Assembly: GCA_965222225.1 (NCBI GenBank)
Contig: CBDCTK010000002.1
Coordinates: forward strand, 3,680,001-3,744,000
DNA length: 64,000 bases
Source: Candidatus Poribacteria bacterium
Lineage (GTDB): Bacteria > Poribacteria > WGA-4E > JAJDTR01
Direction: 5' to 3'
Shown: piece by piece, positions 60,789 through 64,000 of the stretch
Layout: each line of letters opens with the position of its first letter
How positions within the stretch are numbered: position 1 is the stretch's first letter
Made by a program: the position numbers and the translations under genes
The notes under the pieces: model-generated
What the model was told of the DNA's origin: nothing
What the model saw: the letters and a program-made list of their open reading frames with translations, nothing else
Database searches by the model: none

Positions 60789-61796
60789 ATGAATCTTCGA
60801 AGCGTGCGTTGCTATCGACGGTTTGTCCCAGTTGTTTGTATATTCACAATCGTGATGTATGCCACCTATGTCAACGCGGACTCAGTGCAGCCGGCTTATA
60901 AGTATCAAGAGATAAAGCAACTTCACAAAAAGATGCTCGAAGGCAGCGGATCGGGGGACTTAAACGCGCTTATTGATAAAGTGACCGCATTTGTCAATGA
61001 GTATTCCGGGTATAAAAGAGTTGCACGAATCCATTATATCTTGGGCAATGCACTGTCCCGCGCCGATCGCACCGAAGAGGCCGTCCAAACGTATCAACTC
61101 CTCACAAAGAATTATCCGGATGATTCGTTTCCCGGGAACGCTTGGCTGGAGATGGGGTTAGCTTATGACAAACTGGGGCGGCATGACGAAGCCGACACCG
61201 CCTATCGACAGCTTGTCGATCACCCCACGTACGGTTCTCGTCCCTATGCCAAGACGGCAAAGAGGATATTAGCCTTGGACAGCGAGTCGCGCAACGGCGA
61301 AATCCCGTCCAATAGATTCCAAATGGGCTCCCCGGACGCGCTGGTCGGAAAACCGGCAATCGAATTCGATGTCAAGAATGTGAATGGGGGCGACCTCTCG
61401 TTAGAAACATACCGCGGCAAAGTCCTACTGCTCGATTTCTGGGCGGTATGGTGCGCCCCTTGCCGCGCGGAGACGCCTCATCTGAAGAGGGCATACGAAG
61501 AATTTAAAAATCAGGGATTTGAAATAATCGGTGTCAGCTTGGATCATGATAAAGCCAAGTTACTGGAATACATCAAGGAGCAGGAGGTCACTTGGCCTCA
61601 GTTCCTCAATGAAACAGGGGAAAACGACATTGCTCAAAAGTATAAAGTCATGGCGATTCCGCAGGCTTTCCTCATTGATCACGAAGGCGTGATTCGCAAA
61701 GCGAACCTACGCGGGAACTCCCTTGAACCGGCGATTGCCGAATTGATTCAAGAGCGCGATGCAAAGTTGGGCACGGCAAACAACCCCGAGGAGTGA
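60789..61796 (+). CDS. TPR + TlpA-like thioredoxin (redoxin) protein
   Basis: LDFWAVWCAPC, N-terminal TPRs. Confidence 0.9.
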   Translation: MNLRSVRCYRRFVPVVCIFTIVMYATYVNADSVQPAYKYQEIKQLHKKMLEGSGSGDLNALIDKVTAFVNEYSGYKRVARIHYILGNALSRADRTEEAVQTYQLLTKNYPDDSFPGNAWLEMGLAYDKLGRHDEADTAYRQLVDHPTYGSRPYAKTAKRILALDSESRNGEIPSNRFQMGSPDALVGKPAIEFDVKNVNGGDLSLETYRGKVLLLDFWAVWCAPCRAETPHLKRAYEEFKNQGFEIIGVSLDHDKAKLLEYIKEQEVTWPQFLNETGENDIAQKYKVMAIPQAFLIDHEGVIRKANLRGNSLEPAIAELIQERDAKLGTANNPEE

Positions 61797-61830
61797 TAAT
61801 TCTGGTATTGATTCATAAACGACAACACAG

Positions 61831-62859
61831 ATGAACATTCTTGGTATTGACACCTCGTGCGACGAAACCGCCGCCGCTGTCGTCGTCGATGGCAGAGAGA
61901 TTCTATCCAACATCATCTCTTCACAGATTGATTTGCACCGGAAGTACGGTGGGATTGTACCCGAACTGGCGTCTCGGAGGCATGTCGAGTCGATTAACTA
62001 CATCGTTGATCAAGCGCTGCTCGAATCGGGAACCGGCTTTGACGACCTCGGGGCTATTGCGGTGACAAATCGCCCTGGGTTAATTGGCGCGCTTCTCGTC
62101 GGGGTTGCCGCGGCGAAATCCCTGGCATACGCCCATGACCTTCCGTTGCTTGGCATTAATCACATTGAGGGACATATCTACGCGAACTTTATGGTGCACG
62201 AGGAACTTCCTTTTCCACATGTTTGCTTGACGGTTTCCGGAGGGCATACGCTGCTGGTCGAAGTGCAAGCGGGGTGGCGGTATGAGATTCTAGGAGGTAC
62301 GCTGGACGATGCCGCTGGAGAGGCGTATGACAAGGTAGCGCAGTATCTGGGTCTCGGTTTCCCCGGTGGGAAAGTAATTGACGACTTGGCAAAGCAGGGC
62401 GATCCGGCGGCGATTGAGTTCCCGCGCCCGATGCTCGGCAGCGGCGATTATCAGTTTAGTTTCAGTGGAATAAAAACCGCCGTTCGATATTACGTAGAAA
62501 AGGCAAAATCTTCCGGGACGATGTCTCCCATCGAAGATATCGCGGCTAGTTTTCAAGCCGCCGTAGTAGATGTTCTTGTCCGGAAAACAATTCGCGCCGC
62601 AAAAGAAAAAGGCGCAAAAGCAATTACATTGACCGGTGGTGTCGCCGCGAATAGCCAACTCCGCACCTCTGTGTCCGAAGCCGCGGACAGCCTTGACGCG
62701 AAGGTCTACTATCCGCCAATCAACCTATGCACCGACAACGGCGCAATGATTGCCGGCATCGCATATCACCAGTACCAAACGGGACAGAGGGATGCGCTTG
62801 ACCTTAACGCTTCCGCCGCCGGGTCGATTGTAGAACGGCAGGAGCGGACCGCCCCGTAA
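61831..62859 (+). CDS. tsaD: tRNA N6-adenosine threonylcarbamoyltransferase
   Basis: LGIDTSCDET, HIEGH, VSGGHT, DDAAGEAYDK, TDNGAMI. Confidence 0.98.
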   Translation: MNILGIDTSCDETAAAVVVDGREILSNIISSQIDLHRKYGGIVPELASRRHVESINYIVDQALLESGTGFDDLGAIAVTNRPGLIGALLVGVAAAKSLAYAHDLPLLGINHIEGHIYANFMVHEELPFPHVCLTVSGGHTLLVEVQAGWRYEILGGTLDDAAGEAYDKVAQYLGLGFPGGKVIDDLAKQGDPAAIEFPRPMLGSGDYQFSFSGIKTAVRYYVEKAKSSGTMSPIEDIAASFQAAVVDVLVRKTIRAAKEKGAKAITLTGGVAANSQLRTSVSEAADSLDAKVYYPPINLCTDNGAMIAGIAYHQYQTGQRDALDLNASAAGSIVERQERTAP

Positions 62860-62907
62860 AACGGTTTATCGTTCTCTCACAGCACGCATTTCCAAATATT
62901 TATATCC

Positions 62908-63516
62908 GTGAATTCATTTTCTCCTCGGCTGCTGAATCAAGCCGTCCAAATTTTGAGAGACGGCGGTGTTGTCGCCTTTCCAACCGATACCGTATACGGT
63001 GTCGGGGTCGATCCATTTCAGCCGGAAGCGGTGCGCAGACTGTATCGGATAAAAGGTCGACCGGAAGACAAGCCGATTGCAATTCTTGTCGGATCGATTG
63101 AAGATGTCGCGCGGGTCGCTCAGACTCCTTCAAGAACCTTTTCTCGACTTGCCGATCGATTTTGGCCCGGAGGGTTGACACTCATCGTTGAAACGCGAGA
63201 GCTACCACCGGAAATTACCGCGGGTGGAAGTACCGTGGGCGTCCGCATGCCAGATCACCCGTTGACTTTAGAACTTCTGCGCGGCTTTGGGGGACCGATC
63301 GCTACCACCAGCGCAAACAGATCCGGGGAGAACCCGGCAACATCTGCCGAGGAAGTGGGGGCCCAACTTGGAGGTCGCGTCAACTTGATTGTAGACGGCG
63401 GAGACACCATCACGAAAGTTGCTTCGACGGTGCTGGATCTCTCGGTGTCGCCTCCAAAGATTCTCCGTCACGGCGGTATTTCCGAAGAGTTGTTGATGGA
63501 ATGTCTAATAGGATAA
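62908..63516 (+). CDS. tsaC: L-threonylcarbamoyladenylate synthase (YrdC/Sua5)
   Basis: PTDTVYG, KGRP..KP, WPGGLT, TSANRSG. Confidence 0.95.
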   Translation: MNSFSPRLLNQAVQILRDGGVVAFPTDTVYGVGVDPFQPEAVRRLYRIKGRPEDKPIAILVGSIEDVARVAQTPSRTFSRLADRFWPGGLTLIVETRELPPEITAGGSTVGVRMPDHPLTLELLRGFGGPIATTSANRSGENPATSAEEVGAQLGGRVNLIVDGGDTITKVASTVLDLSVSPPKILRHGGISEELLMECLIG

Positions 63517-63871
63517 GAACGACAGCAGGAGTTCCCTACTCGCCTGATTCATAGAAAAAAACAAAGAGGTCGGGAATAACAATCGTTATTCCCGACGATA
63601 GCCCCGCAGCATGGGATTATCGCAGAAAACTGTTATTTCTGCTCGTTGCGTAAGCCCTGCCATCAATTGAAGATGATTGACAGTCATCTACTCGCCAATT
63701 TCCGGTCTTATTTTCGAGACGTATCGCATGGGACAAGAAACATGGAAAAAGCCCAGCCCAAATGAAGCAAGATGGCATTGACATCTATTGTCCAAACAGG
63801 TTGACGATGGCGTGGAAGGGAATCTTCCAACCTTCCACTCTTCCAGCCTTAAACCGATGGAGGATACTCTC

Positions 63872-64000
63872 ATGGCACGACAAGTATTCGTAGACATCGA
63901 CACCCAATATGACTTTATCAGTCGGGACGGAGCGCTCTCCGTGCCCGGTGCCGAAGAAATTCGAAGAAACTTAAAAACACTGACGGATTACGCCTTGAAG
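63872..64000 (+). CDS. Isochorismatase/nicotinamidase family protein, N-terminus (runs off window end)
   Basis: MARQVFVDIDTQYDFISRDGALSVPGA after GGAGG RBS. Confidence 0.8.
   Translation, partial: MARQVFVDIDTQYDFISRDGALSVPGAEEIRRNLKTLTDYALK

Overview
Bacterial chromosomal window. The gene content and repeat style suggest Candidatus Poribacteria or a similar lineage (inference from the LRR/dockerin secreted protein, PhyH dioxygenase and dense GTAG-REP hairpins). The housekeeping backbone includes hisS, aspS, rho-rpmE-prfA-prmC, trpDC, guaB, tsaD and tsaC. It is interrupted by a decaying defence island (about 8.1-23.0 kb: XRE/ImmA regulator, Ntn/proteasome-like protein, type III R-M mod and res with cargo and a res::mod duplication scar), an IS1595 element, and a REP-flanked tyrosine transposase (RAYT). 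The main unexplained signal is a dispersed ultra-short element of about 35 nt (consensus close to ATCAAsyGAGyGGATAGyGAnnGCGATAGAGATCC), with at least 14 recognisable copies. It appears to insert at G^C without a target duplication, into REP hairpins, a terminator-like hairpin and a coding sequence. It also inserts repeatedly into itself, giving nests of about 70 nt and 105 nt. No rRNA, tRNA or CRISPR array was recognised. All alignments were done by eye.
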